64,000 nucleotides of DNA, from the NCBI GenBank assembly GCA_973895155.1, contig OZ316896.1, forward strand, positions 2,170,001 through 2,234,000. Reading direction: 5' to 3'. Made by a program: the position numbers and the translations under genes. Under the pieces are notes generated by a model that worked only from the letters and a program-made list of their open reading frames with translations, was not told the DNA's origin and made no database searches. The first letter of the stretch is position 1, and every line of letters begins with the position of its first letter. Shown piece after piece: positions 23,781 to 37,972 of this stretch. Source of the stretch: Marsupella aquatica (Eukaryota > Plantae > Marchantiophyta).

Positions 23781-25659
23781 TAAACCCACACGAAGTTTTC
23801 CCAATGTTGAGTGAATTCATGATTTATAGTATTTGACCATTTTTGTGTTCATTGGAAATGAAGCATATGATTTCAAAAAGTCTCAAACTTTGTGAGGCAG
23901 TATATTGGACATGGGAGACCATGCTAGAAAAATTTCAGCTAAAACTGAGATCCAAAATTCCTTCAAATAAATGACAAATCTGCCAAATGCAAAGGTAAGG
24001 TTTCTATCAGCAGTAGTTGACAACTTTGACAACCCGGTCAAGTAATTTATCAACTACTTCACCCACATTTTGAAAATGCGATATGTACTCGCAAAGATTG
24101 TGATGACTCGATGATTTTCTTAAGCGGTGGGCTTGAATCCATGATATGGGAACAATGGAGTGGGCAAAAAAATTTTATCACACCTTCCAGCTCACTGATC
24201 CACTTTGCTTGTTTTCAATTGGGCTGAGGTAATATCTTCAAGAAAAATAAGTTCCATTAATTCTTCTCCAGGCAACATCGCTGAGCCATTCAGATGACAA
24301 GACATTGAGCATCAGGTATTTTTAAAGAACTTGACTTGACATCTTTATTACTTGTTCTAAACTCATTGATCACTTTCAGTAGTCCATGGGGGGGCAGGGA
24401 CAACGTCTTGGTCCATGTGTGCTTTAGTTTCAATTTCAAGTGCATTATGGGTAACAATAATCATCAAAACTTGAGATGAAGCCCTCATTGTTTAGGGCAT
24501 TATGGCCCACAATACCCTGTAAATTTGTAAACAAGACTTTACTATATTCTCAAAGCACTTTTGTGATTTTTTTTCTTTCTATTTTTCATTGCATTCATGG
24601 AGAAAAATGCACAGTCAATATTTGCATAGGCTCGTTATAAAGATTCTCCTCTCCTTTCAAAAACTTTTTTTTTTAGACCTCTAAGTTTAGTAATTTAATA
24701 CCAGAGCATTATGGGCAATAAGATCCCCTCAAAGCTCTCTTTTTATGTGGCATTATTCCCCAAAATGTCTCACTACTAAGGCGTCCCAAACCTTCAGGTC
24801 TGCAATGACAAAAAAACCTCTCCCAAAAGAAGCAGTTTTGGTCAGCGGTCAGGAGTGTGCGGACAAGCATTTCGTGTCTGCCACTTTTTCCGGAAATTAA
24901 AATGCCCTTGACCGCAACCGGAGGCAAAATGAACAGGATTGAGATGCCCTATTATATTCAAAGGGATCACTAGAAGAGTTTAGGACTATGTAGACTAAGC
25001 ACTTCTTGACACCCAAACTATTATTTATTTTCCATCGGAAGACACCAGTGCCAATTTATCCAAACATTTGTTGTCAAAACCGGTTGGCAGCACCCAAGGG
25101 CCCGACATAAATAGGAAGCCATGCCATGTCTGTCGACTCACCCAGGGATATTGAACAAGGCAGCTAACTTTCCCATCTTTCTCCATGATTTCTTTCTCCC
25201 ACGGCAAGAGCACCGACAAGGAACATCTATGTGACATCTTGTTACACTGCAGTCTACAGAAGCTTTGGTTTAGTATGGTTGAGTTCAGATTCAGGATGCT
25301 GAAATTGGGAAATTTGTCATGACAATTCTTGAGGCTGGGGCATACCTGTTTACATAACCAATTTGTATGGGTGGCTTTACAAGGGGCATATGCGACTTAT
25401 TTTCACCAAAGCAAAACTTGGGGGTGGGCAGGGGAAACTTCTTGTTGTCCACTAAGATAGACTCCATACCAAAAATCTTTTGAAATGAAGGCCAATAAAT
25501 ACAAATCCCTGGAATGAAGGAGACAAAATTTAGAAATGTTTGGATTGCAATTGGAAATGGTCTAAAATTCTAGACCAAATAGACACTCCACATCGCATTT
25601 TCTTGGGCCCACACTTACCATTTAGGATTCCTACACACAAGACCTATATGTGCCCTAGA

Positions 25660-26530
25660 TCTTCTAAAGTCAACTACTGTACTATGATTTCATCTCATTA
25701 TGTGCTCCAGACTTAATCTTATATATATATATATATACCAGTGCCCAAGGCAGAAAATGCTAAACCTGGAGACATGTTCCCAAAGGCAAAGCAACCCAAT
25801 GAGGGGGAGTAAAGGAGGGGAAAGAGCCCCAAGAAAAACAAGCCAAGGGGAACCTAGAACCAAGAGGTCCCAGGTTTAATCCTCCCTCCACACGCAAGGG
25901 GTGTGGAGGGTATGTGTGCGTGTGGCTGGGGTGTAGTGGTGGGAGTATTGATAATCCCCTCAGCCCTGGTTGCCTACTTTGGGGTTCTGGTTTAATCCTC
26001 TCTCCTTCCTGGTCTGGGTCCTTGTCGGATCCCTGGGTATTGTCCCCTTGTGGCTACCTTCCATAAAAATGCATGCTCCAGAGCAGTACGTCTATCCTCT
26101 GTTTTCAAGGCAAAAAAAAACAAGCCAAGGAGTCCCAACCAAAAGCCAACAAAGGAACAAGGAATCTTTTAGGGAATTAAAAGAAACATTGGGCCACTTA
26201 AGTAGTTAACTGAGGCCTGCTGCATCCTCAGAACTTGATGGACACCAAAGATCAATTTAAGATTTGACCAGGCCCTTCCAATGGTGGGCCATCTCAACCT
26301 GCTTAAACACATTAACCCAGCAGCAGTTCACCCCCAGGTCTTCTAAAGTCAACTACAGATATTTCCACTCATTATATGCTCCAGACTTAATCTTAGAGTG
26401 AATGAAAGGAAACAATGGGCCGTGGTGTTTGGGGCCATATGCAAAGAAACAATGGGCCACTTGACTGACCCCTTCTGCATCCTCAGGACTCAATGGACGC
26501 CAATTTAGGATTTGACCTGGCCCTTCATTG
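25660..26530. repeat. Local diverged duplications around a (TA)n tract
   Basis: tcttctaaagtcaactac...ctcattat.tgctccagacttaatctta at about 25660 and 26339; gggccactt...ctgcatcctcag...gatttgacc.ggcccttc at about 26190 and 26454. Confidence 0.65.
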
Positions 26531-29500
26531 TCTGACTTGGGGTGCCATGAGACCTGCAGAGTACTAATTTTTGGTAAAATCCAATATTTTATTGGATGAA
26601 AAAATGGACTCTGTTCGAGCCAAAGTTTGTTGGCTGGGATGTCTTACTAAAGTTCACTCTACCTACTTACAACTGTTGGACTTTTGGGACATTGCCAACA
26701 CTCAATCATCTATCTACAGACTTCACTTTTTCACAAATTGCAATCTATACTCATTCAAGCACTTTTCGTTATATATTTTGTAGAAGCATAATACTTTTAC
26801 ACTTTATTTAGAATGTGTTCCTTATTTGAAGAAGCTACCTAGCTTAGCTTTGGTTCTAAGTTTGCTTTAGATACCTAAAAAAAGTGTGAAAATGTAGATT
26901 GCGATATGGTTTTAATCAATATTTTGATTGATGCTTATTTTCAGGGCTTGAAAAGGTAACGTGCTGTCAGTGATAAAGTATTATTGGTTAAATAATTTTT
27001 ATTAACTTTTCACTTACACCTTTCTTTCTTCTACTGTCTAAATTGTCTTAATCCAAAGCTTTTTCTCACATTCGTTTTCTCTAGTTGTTATACTGCTTAT
27101 GTAATCAAAATGAACCTGTCTATGTTGGGGGTCAACTTGGGGTCTTTGGGTCCTTTGACCTTGAGTTTGCTGTAAATGCATTTGGCCTCCTCTTTTGCAG
27201 TGGGAAGCGGCTCTTGGGTTGCTGGTTTGCTAATGCTGGAGTTGGTCTCTTCAGGTTTTGTTGATCTATCTAATAAAGGATGTCCAACACTAGGGACGAC
27301 GTACTAATTTCCATGTTATCATCGAGTCTCTAAATGAAATAAAGATAGCAAAATTCCAAATTATACTAAACAAACAACTTCAAAAAGTCATGTGTAATCA
27401 CATGATTGGGTTTGAGACCACATTTTTAAGTTAACATTTAAATGTGTCATATAATATAGGGTGCCTGCAACTAGCACATGATATGGGATGGCCACACATA
27501 GCACGCGATATGTTAGTACACTTCACGTTGGAGGGTTGGAAAAAAAAAGTAAGTCCAGGTATGCAATTGGAACAAGTGTTGGAGTTTGGAAGATTGGAAG
27601 GTTAGTTAAAGTATCCACGTGGAATTATTGAAGCGCTACGGTAGTGAGAGCTATCAATTGAAAAATTAAATAAAAGATCTGAATGACAAAATGATTTAGG
27701 AATTGCACAAGGCACTTTGGTGGTGCTTATTGATCTTTTTTGGGGCCCACTTTGCATTAAAGTGAATGTTGTGGGTGAGGAAGTTGTGCAATTGATATAT
27801 GCCCAGATATTGTTTTAATTTTTAATGTTTTTCCAGATATGTGCTAGGTTGAAACTAGGTACACTACATAAAAAAATGTCACGCTCAATATACTTAGACG
27901 AGGGAGGAATGTTGGCCCTACCAGTTAAGCAAAGCCATTAGCCCTTGAATATATTTCAAGTTTACTTCATACTAGTTTTTTTCCTTATAAAACAGGGACC
28001 GTCCTAGCGTTTCAGCCGTGCAACTGGCTTAAATTCTGAGATATATGTTTGATGGGCCCCCTGGTGAACCTTTCTTACCTGATGGCCCCTAGGTAACTTT
28101 TTTTACCAAGTAGGACCCCTCTTAATGATCAGTACACCTGTTCATGTGTGGTGCTTACACCTGTCCTTGTGTGGTGCCTACTATGTATGGTGACTCCAAG
28201 CAAACTGCCCTTTCAGTCAACGAGCATAGACAGGGAAAAACAGCCCACAACTCCCAAGAACTGAAGAGGAGCCACAAATCGATGCCAAATAAAAAATGGG
28301 TGTAACACCGACCATTGTAGAGGGAATGTCGAGGACCCTAAACCCACAATCTTTCAAATCATACTTATAAAGTGTGAATTCTAACCTAGAGTTGGGGTCT
28401 AGGTTTCTAGAGTGAACTTTCATGATTGTAAATCTACGGCCCACCATGTGGATGGAAATGCTCATGGGGATGATATATCTCAAATTATGATCATGCATGT
28501 TTTGTTGTCATGATTTTTATTTACATTTAAAGAATGAGCATTTAGGTTCCCTACCAATAATACAGACCCATGTAGTAAGGGATTTCATTTTGGGTCTAGC
28601 TTGGGGGCATAAACCTCTCCATATATAGTAGTTTCCCTAGTGTTTCCTACGTCACACCCTATGCAGTGTTAATATAGTGTATCATATTATCTAGGTTTAG
28701 AGATTTTGTATGCATTATATACAAGTAGTTATCCTTTGAGCACAAACTGTGGCGGCTATGGTGTGCCTGGCCTAATGGTGGACACCTTCAAGCGCAAGGT
28801 GCATCTGGCACTGGAGTAGTCTGACTGGGAATTGGATTTTGAAGAATCTGCAAGCTGCAGGGGCAGAAATGGGTGGGACATGGTAAAACTAGTGGAGCCT
28901 GAAAGTCAATTTGACACTTACAGAACATGACACCATGATAGAATGCCTATGGAAATTTCTCCCCAAAAGTACATTACATTGACAGTCAATGAGAAGTAAA
29001 AGATAAGATCCATATTAGAATTATATCTTTAGATTCCTGTAATTTCAACAACAATTGCCATTACGGTATTGGCATCACCTCTCCTAATTATCTACCAGGG
29101 CAAAATCCTATGGGCAGAAAAAAAGTGGATGAAATTGTGCTTTAGTGTGGAGTCACTCTCCTAAATATTCTTACAGTACCATAGTGTCATGTGTACTTAT
29201 CTTAACTTAAATGCCATGTGGGTTTGAAGGACGGTAATGCAACGTATTTCCTATTTACAGTACCATAACGTGATTTTATCACAGCTTACTAAATGCCATG
29301 GGGCTGACAATACAGCGAATTTAGAAAAAGTTGGCATTGAATATGAAATGTTTTCAAGGCGTCCTTAAAAGGTTCACACTTCAAACCTCAGATTATTAAG
29401 ACTGCAATTGTTTTGTGTACCTGACGTTCCATTCAAGCATTTAACCTCATTGAACATCGGATTGTTGCTTGTACAAGGGGCGAAGGGTCCCCACTTCAAT

Positions 29501-32500
29501 CAATTTTTAAACATCAGAAACTCAGAATGTTGGAGTACACTGGTAAGTTGGTAACTTATCAACTTATATTAGATAGCCCACCCAAATGTATGTGGATGGG
29601 AAAAATTAAGGATCACATGTCATGTATTTCAAATAATGATCATGTATGATAATTTTTGACATCAATTATATTAACATTCAAAAAATGGGCATTCAGGCTA
29701 GTATCTCTTAATATTGAGAGGTCAACTTACAAATCCAAACTATTGGTCACCAGGTACAGCAACAAGAAAGGCCGCTGTCAAACTAGCCTGCCATTTAGAC
29801 TTGAGGAACAGAGATCACTGTGGGGGCCTTTGGTGGGGTTGTGGAATGTTCATGGCAAAATGTTCATCTCAATGCCCATAAATGCACCTCAGTTTGTACT
29901 GTTTGGGGAACACAGGCCACCAAACTGGTGATGGTGCTTAGACGAGGACCTGAAGTACATAATCTTTGCACCCTGAGGGGGCTGCACAAGAAAAATTCAG
30001 AGGACAAAAACTGAGAGGTTACTTATGTTTCAGTGCAATCCAAGAGTGAGAAGAAATCAAAAGGTCCTTTCAAAATATGTCTTACCCCGTGATGAAAGAA
30101 CTTTGGCCAAAACTGCTTTTTCTCAAGATAAGCATTTTGGGGGACCCACTCAAGTCCATACAGGCTTGGACGCATTCTTATAGATGACCTCTCAATTTTA
30201 TGTGCAGCCCAAGTGTACAGGTCACTTGATATGAACTGTTGTGATGAAATCTAAATATCAGAATCAATCCTCACTCTCCCACCAGCAGCCCAGCCCGGTC
30301 TGGCAGGGTTTGCTTGTAGCAAAAATTCACTAGATTTCACCTCTATAAAGGTTTTGCCACTTTTGGAGAAAAATGGCTAAGTGTTTTGTCTTCCAGTAGT
30401 AGCAGGTTTCTCACCTAGGTACAGACCCCATTAGCCAGAATCTAACAATCATCCAGATCCAAGGATATCCAACAGTCAATAACTAATCTACAAACAATAA
30501 AATAATTTTGTTTCTAGCATCTCCTATCTCACACAATGTGACATTGCACTAAAACCCAAGCGAGGATGGACCGCCAGGTTGGACACATTTTGGTGGTCCA
30601 TGGGAGTTTGGGGTCCATAACTTGATGATTACTGATCAGAAAATAATATTTTGTTTTGCATTTTCAAGGTAACTAGAGAAGGAGGGGGTGGGGGGGGGGG
30701 CGGGACACAGAAAAACACGAGCCCAAATATTTCATGTTACACAATGAAAAAATAATCTAATGAAATTCATCCCTCTTCATTTAATGATGAAAAACTCAAC
30801 CAAAATAACCAAAATTCAAAACTTCCATAGAAGTGTATCTTACCTACTCCTATTGTATATCCCCCAAAATAACAAATATTTGAATTTATGTATATGAAGT
30901 CATTATAATTAAACTCAAATTTTGGTAAATGTGATTCATAGGGGTTCAAAAACCAAAAACCAACCATATCGTCCATGGGGCCTTCAAATTCGACATTCGA
31001 CCCATGCCAAAAAGAAAAGAAAAAAACCTTTTAAAACTACACAACCTTCATGTGTGTCTGTCTGGGCACAACCTTCATAAGCACAATTGTAAATCATGCT
31101 GGTCTGGCCACAACCTTCATAAGCCCAAATTTAAAATATGCTGGTCTGGCCACAAACAACCTTCATAGGCACATTTTTTTCTGGGGAGCACCGCCCACGC
31201 TTGACCCCGACCAATGCTGAACCAAAGTCCAATCAAGTACCAACCCACCCCCCTCCACAGCCATATCCACTCCACAATCTCTAGTCCATTATTTAGAGAG
31301 GAGCAGAGTACGATAAAGTACAAGCAGGAGCCATCGGTTGGTGTACGTGCCTTGTGAAGCCCGCCCACAGTGAATCATTGGTTGATGAGAAGTGGAGCCA
31401 TGGCGGTGCTCCAGCACGCACAGAAGTACAGAACGGCCTTTCACTGCCATGTGATGAGCCTCTCATCGTGTCAATTCGTCGATGCTGTTTCCAGATTTGC
31501 TTTTGAACAGTTCCCTAAAATGATTCTGGTCACGGGGAAAAAAGGAACTGACAGTCCAGTGCAACAGCATAAGGTGTACGATTGTACATTTGTACTGAGC
31601 AAAGAATGAGGTCTCGAGCTCTCGAAGGACATGTCATTGGGGACAGCAATAAATGAAACAATTGGACATTTGAACGATCAATTGTGCGTTATAATTGTTG
31701 TGGTCAGGAGTCACATCATGACTCGTGACCAAACCACAAGTTTTGAGTGCTACCAGAAATTGAGCATGAGGTTACTTTTCTGTGTGGAAACATAAATCAA
31801 GACACATTTGATGGCGTTTGGGTTATGTTAAGTTTACACCTACTCGAACTCAAATCAAGATACACATTGGTAGTGCACTTTAGGGGTTAGCACATACCTT
31901 GTCTTGGTTAATGTTTCGGCTGTACCATGGTCATGGTTAAATGTAGATTTAATACCCAGTTTATCTATGGTGTCTTCTGAGGTTTTGTCCACCCCGTGAT
32001 AAAACAATCCAGAGCACCAGTGTTTGACTCTTTATGGCTAAAAGTGTTTTTTTGAGGGAGTAGAAAACAAATTCTGATTAGGGTTCCTTGAAGAAAAGAA
32101 GAGGGACAAAGCAGCTATTTACTTCACCCCTGCCCCCTCATTAATTATTGTAATCAACTCCTTATTGCTGACTAAAATGTTCATTTGGAGGACAATGAAT
32201 ATCAAGTTATTATAACTAAACTCAAACACCATCCAAAAGTGGGGTACACTGAGTCACTATTATACTAGAATTCCTCCAACAAATCCAAATATTTGCTTCC
32301 CATTCTGCTCCATGAAATGTGTGTAACCAGGTTTTTGTCATCACTAGTGGCTCTTGAAAGAGTACTCATGATGTCCTTTACTGAGTTTATGGTTTTTATT
32401 GATTTGGGTGTCACTACATTAGGCAAGTGAGTATGGGAACCTTATGTACACAAGTACCTTTGTACCACTTGTACTTTTATTGTCATTAAGCCAAGTGAGG

Positions 32501-33231
32501 ATGTGTACCTGAGTGCACAGCTATTCAGTACCTTTGAACCATAGACTTTTACTTTTCTTGGTCATAATAGTTGGACTTAGGGCTGTATTCCATCAGCCCT
32601 CGACCCTTAACTTCTCCCGACCCCCACTGGCATTTGAGGGCAGTCGTGAAGTGATCTCCATCTGCCCCTTTAATGCCACATGACCACTCGATGGTCACTT
32701 TTCTGCTTGACGGTACACCGGCTCCAAACTGGTCTGCTCGACGGTACACCGGCTCATTCACGCGACTACGGGCATTCCTGCCTCATACAACTTGTTCCCC
32801 ATTTTTGCCATCTCTATTGACATTGTGCAGTTCTTGCAGGGCAGCGAAGACGCGAATGTACCGGGCACAGAATTTGAGCTTCAATTAAATTTGCATCGGA
32901 GAGTTCGCGTCCACAATAGATTTATTCAGCGCTCCTACACATACATCATGAGTGCTCGACGAGTGGAAGAAATCGGGGAAGAAATTCAGGGCTGGTCCGA
33001 TGAGTTCTTGGAGAAGCGAGCAGCTTTGGTGATCTGCTATGCATCATTCACCTTGAGTCTCGTTGATTATGTGCAATCAGAAATGAGCAATTACTTTTGT
33101 GCGGGGCAGGCCACGATCTTCTCTCAATCATCTACATTCCACAATTATTCTCAATCAAGAAAAAGACGTCACTCTGACGACAACAATTGGAGCATAATCT
33201 GGATTTATATCCAATTCCTTAAAGTTACTTC

Positions 33232-34371
33232 ATGCGGAAGAGAGAGATAGAATGTCCATGGTATATTAAACCTCGTAGTATTCAGTGGTTCTATTTGTTT
33301 ATTGAGTGGGTACCACTGGAAGATCCAAAGAGATTCAAAGAATTTTTCAGAATTAGCCCACCTACATTCTATGCACTATGTGAACTGGTTCATGATGAAA
33401 TGATCACCAATCCTCCGTTACCATTTTGTACTCTTCCAAATAGAAGGCTCACTGTAGAGAGGCAGGTGGCCATAGCCATCAGAAGGCTCTCGACTGGAGA
33501 TCAGTGTCTTGGAATTGGTGAATTGTTTGGTGTCTCGTGCAGTACTGTGATCAAAGTCACGTGGAAATTTATCCAGGCAGTGAACAAAAGAGGCCACAAG
33601 TTCATTAGCTGGCCCACTGATGCAACACTCAATTCAGTGAAAATGGAATTTCTTGGACGTTGGGGGTTTCCAAACAGTTGTGGGGCTGTGGACAGGACTC
33701 ATTTCCCTATAGAATTGCCTGGAGGAGAGTGCAGCTCAGACTATTTTGATTTCAAGAAAAAAACCTTTGTTTCAATGCAAGCAATTGTGGATCTCAAGCT
33801 ACGATTTCTGAATGTGGTGGCTGGCTGGCCAGGCAGCATACAAGACACCAGATTGCTTCGAGTTTCGTCATTTTTCAGAAATGTTGAGTATGATCGGACA
33901 AAGCTCAACAGATTGGAGTATCACTGTGTTGATGGTGAAACAATCATACGAGAGTACATACTAGGGGATGCAGGATATCCTCTCTATCCTTGGTTGATGG
34001 TACCATTTCCCAGGGACTTCTCTGAAGAGCATGACTGGTGGAATCATCGTCATTCGCAAACCAGGATGGCAGTGGAAAGAGCTTTTGGTCAATTGAAAGG
34101 AGTTTGGCGAATACTGAGCAGAATACTGTGGAAACCAAAAGCAGATAGAGTGGGGCCAATGATTTATTGCTGTTGCATTTTGCATAACTTTTTGATTGAG
34201 AAAGGAGAGTATATTAGCCCAGATTTGCTACGTGGTATTACTGCTCATCCAGGTGGATACAGCAGTGTTCATGTACCTCGTAGGGAGTACATGGAAGGAG
34301 GGCCTGAATCTAGAGACTCTCTATTGAACGAGGTCTGGGCATTACATCATAGCAGAATTCATAGAAGGTAG
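33232..34371 (+). CDS. PIF/Harbinger DDE transposase (HARBI1-like); its N-terminal part is probably in another frame from ATG 32948
   Basis: FKEFFRISPPTF, VAIAIRRLSTG, FPNSCGAVDRTH, GWPGSIQD, YILGDAGYPLYPWLMVPF, HSQTRMAVERAFGQLK, CCILHNF. Confidence 0.92.
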   Translation: MRKREIECPWYIKPRSIQWFYLFIEWVPLEDPKRFKEFFRISPPTFYALCELVHDEMITNPPLPFCTLPNRRLTVERQVAIAIRRLSTGDQCLGIGELFGVSCSTVIKVTWKFIQAVNKRGHKFISWPTDATLNSVKMEFLGRWGFPNSCGAVDRTHFPIELPGGECSSDYFDFKKKTFVSMQAIVDLKLRFLNVVAGWPGSIQDTRLLRVSSFFRNVEYDRTKLNRLEYHCVDGETIIREYILGDAGYPLYPWLMVPFPRDFSEEHDWWNHRHSQTRMAVERAFGQLKGVWRILSRILWKPKADRVGPMIYCCCILHNFLIEKGEYISPDLLRGITAHPGGYSSVHVPRREYMEGGPESRDSLLNEVWALHHSRIHRR

Positions 34372-34456
34372 TTTACTCAAATTGTTGTGAACAATTGAAG
34401 CACATTGTACTATACATCTCATTGGCTAGATTTTGAAATTGACAGAGGCCAATTTC

Positions 34457-35456
34457 CTATCTACGTCGACTAGTTTCTGTTGCAAAAAAATGAATGGATT
34501 CAAAAACTCCTACTATTGCATTTGACATAGCATCAGACATCTTTGCTTGTTGTTTTATGGTTTCTTGGTGGAGCTGTATGGTTTCTTGGTGCTTCTTTAG
34601 CTCAAGAGCTACAAGGCTCTCATGCCTATCCTTCTCCCAAGTTCGAGATGATTCCTCTTGCAGAGTCTTTCTTTCTGAATCTTTCCCTAGAAATTCCAAA
34701 AATGCAGATGTCGTATTCTTGAACTGATCGTCCAGCTTATCTTGTCTACTTTTCTTCACTCCAGTATACTGAGTTCCGGCTGGGGGTGTTCTACGTGGTC
34801 CATCAGATTCTGTAGTGGGTGTGCCCATTCTTTCTTGAGTAGGAGAATCGACCTCAACATCATTGTCAAGGTTATGTGTACTGTCATCGTCTTGAGGAGT
34901 TTGTTCACTTTCGATGGGAATTTCTTGTGGAAGATTATCATTCTCAGTGTCAATCTCAAAATCCCCTGTATCTACCACCTGGTGTGGAGATGGATTCACT
35001 GCACGATTATTGCCTAGCCAAGATTCCATGCCAGCAAATAACTCATGAGCAAAATTGACGGGTAGCTTCCTGCTCTTCCTGTCGCTGCTACACATTTCAT
35101 AATAACTTGGCTGGCCACTCCGGCCCCACATGGTTTTGATAGTCGTACACCTTCTTGAAATCTGTCATCAATTTTTCCCACCTCTTCTTCATCTTGAGAG
35201 GCTGTTTCACCACACCGTCTCTTGCAAGGACACCATGGATCTCTCTCCACTTTTGATCAGCTGTCCTAATTCTCTCCCTGGAGGTGTGATTTAATGAGGT
35301 TTCGTGTTCCATCCTCTTCGCTGCAATGAGAAGACCAAGTTCGTGCATTCTCCATGTTCGTGTTGAAGATGCATCACCACTGGTTTGATTATGATTCCCG
35401 ATTGCTGCGCCACCTCCAGGAGATTGATTGCTTGCATTTCCAATCACTGAGTCCAT
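34457..35456 (-). pseudogene. Harbinger ORF2 Myb/SANT (trihelix-like) DNA-binding protein, split by a frameshift near 35125-35131
   Basis: RTWRMHELGLLIAAK...DQKWREIHG...KKRWEKLMTDFKKVYDYQ in one frame continues as PSYYEMCSSDRKSRKLP...ELFAGMESW plus a C-terminal coiled coil in the next frame. Confidence 0.85.
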
Positions 35457-36514
35457 TTTGGTTGGAGAGTTTGAATCGCTTCTCTCAAGTGACAAGTCAG
35501 AGAAATAACTGCAGACATTTTGATGAGTTGAACACACATATTCTTCTCATGGCAAATGCATCAACAAGTAAGTTCGCAAAATTTAACACACAATGAATTT
35601 GTGATTCTGTACAATGTAAAAGGATGAGAGAGAGTGTACCCTGTGCCAAGATTGATGTGGAGTTCGGCTGGCTGTGAGTTGAGAAGATTGCAACCTAGCG
35701 GAGGTTGAATTGCAGACAAATGGCAAATCAAACTTGCATCAGTAGTTGTCTCCATTGCCATTGAACAATTGGTAGCAGCAACAATGGCGCCAGCGCCTGT
35801 TTTTTTGCTATCTCCCTGCCACAAGCTGTACTCGATGTTGACTCCGCCGAGGTGCTCAAGCCCCCGCAGTCACCAGCAACAGGCTAGTGCAGGTCAACAC
35901 ATTTGTTTCCAGGTCCCGCCGGTCACCTTCAGGGCAAAAATTGGGAGTGGAAGGCACGGATGCCCATCCACTCCTAACGTCAGTTTGAGGGATACTCTGA
36001 AACGACGGACGGCAGCGATCCTCTCCGCATTTTTAGGAGATTTCAGGGTCGGCCCGGTTGCCCTTGCTTGAGAGCTGATGGAATACAGCCCTTATACTCT
36101 TGTATCACTGTCAAGGCCTCAATCTTAATAATACTATGTAATAGCAAAAAGGAAATTTGTTCATCTACACATCACTAACAAGACAAAAAAATAAAAGATG
36201 TTATATCAGATTGTGTGCTCGAGGCAATGAGGGCACACAGAGTGTGGGTCACAAGCCAGTCATGTAACCTTGAAAGTGTGGATACTTATATGTATATAAG
36301 GACCTCTGTGTTTAGGATGACTATGTAGCACATTGGTGGTGGGTTGGTTGTGGGCTTGAGCCATGCCCTCAGCACCAACATCCTAATAAAGATGTATGGG
36401 TATGAAAAGGGGCCAAATTGTAAACTAAGGGTTAACTAGAACTAAGCCGTAGCCTAACAGGAATGAGTAATCCATATACAAATAGTCACACACTGTTAAA
36501 TAACTCTACTTCCA

Positions 36515-37972
36515 CTACAACTGCAAAACTTGCAAAGTAGCACGGTGTCTTGAGAAACTCTCCAAAGGAATCACTTTGGTAAAGACATCGGCAGGATTGA
36601 GCTTTCCATCAATCTTGACTAGCTTAAAAGTTTTATCAAACACTGCTTGCCTGATAAAATGGTACCTGATATCAATGTGCTTCACCCTGCTATCCATCAC
36701 CTGGTTAGCAGCCAAGTGAAGAGCACTCTGACTATCACAATTTAGAGTCATTTTGCCATGCTCTAAACCCATCTCCGCGATCAACTTATCCAACCAAATT
36801 GCTTCCTTTGCTGCTTCTGCAACATACTCTGCTTCTGTAGTAGATTGAGATATACACTTCTGCAAGGTAGATTTCCAACTGATACATCCTCCTCCAAGAG
36901 TAAATACAAACCCAGTTGTAGACCTCCTTGTATCCAGACAGCCTCCATAGTCAGAATCTACATAGCCAACTAACGTTCTATTTGATCTGTTATCAAATAG
37001 TAATCCATAGTCCTGTGTACCCTTGAGATACCTGAGAATCCACTTCACAGCTTCCCAATGTACCTTCCCTGGATTTGACATGAATCTGCTAACCTTGCCC
37101 ATCGCTAGGGCCAAGTCAGGCCTAGTACAAGTCATCAAATACATCAGACTACCTACTGCCTTCTCATAAGGAATCTTAGCCATCAGACCTTTCTCCACAG
37201 CATCCGTAGGAGAGAAAGCCGATGATAACTTGAAATGTGAAGCTAAAGGAATACTCCCTGGCTTACAGTTTTCCATGTTGAATCGTGCAAGTACTTTCCT
37301 TGCATACTGGCCTTGACTCAAGCACAACTGTCCAGTCTTAGAGTTCCTAAAAATCTCCATCCCTAAGATCCTCTTGGCCTTACCAAGATCCTTCATCCTG
37401 AATTCAACACTCAATTTCGCCTTGAGACTGTCAACCTCAGATTGATCTTTAGCCACAATTAGCATGTCATCCACATAGATCACCAGAATGATGAAACCAA
37501 ATACATCATTCTTGACTGATTTCGTATACACACAAGGATCATACACCATCCTTGTAAAACCTTGAGTAAGCATGAAATCATCAAACCGCTTGTTCCACTG
37601 TCTGGGAGACTGCTTCAATCCATACAAGGACTTGAGCAATCTGCAAACTAAGTTCACTTGGCCCTTCTTCATAAAACCTAGTGGCTGTCTCATGAAGATC
37701 AACTCTTCCAAGTTTCCATAGAGAAAAGCAGTAACAACATCCATCTGATCCATCACCAGACCAAAAAACACAACAAGCTGACACAAGATCCGTATTGTGG
37801 AATACTTAGCCACCGGTGAAAAGACCTCATTGTAGTCCACTCCTTTCTCCTGAGTGAACCCCTTGGCAACAAGCCTTGCCTTGTAGATCTTATCTCCACC
37901 CTCTGAAGGACTGTCCTTCAACTTGTAAATCCACTTGCTGTCCACCACTTGCTGACCTCTTGGAAGCTCCAC
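36515..37972 (-). pseudogene. Copia reverse transcriptase + RNase H (open 485-aa segment preceded by an in-frame TAG)
   Basis: KWIYK, YKARLVAKGFTQ, QMDVVTAFL, SLYGLKQSPRQW, YVDDML, GYVDSDY, KHIDIRYHFIR, NPADVFTK. Confidence 0.93.

Larger units (their letters stand above)
32580..36091. mobile_element. Full-length PIF/Harbinger DNA transposon (3512 bp)
   Basis: 18-bp perfect TIRs GGGCTGTATTCCATCAGC (32580-32597 and 36074-36091). TTA target-site duplication at 32577-32579 and 36092-36094. Encodes a DDE transposase and a Myb/SANT protein. Confidence 0.96.

Noticed and set aside
25884-25910. 10-bp GC hairpin as a Helitron 3' end
   Set aside because: No CTRR terminus at the expected distance.
36199-36459. 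TGTTA...TAACA segment as the copia 3' LTR or a solo LTR
   Set aside because: No similarity to the 5' LTR, no PPT, and the flanks (aaaga / ggaat) do not form a TSD.
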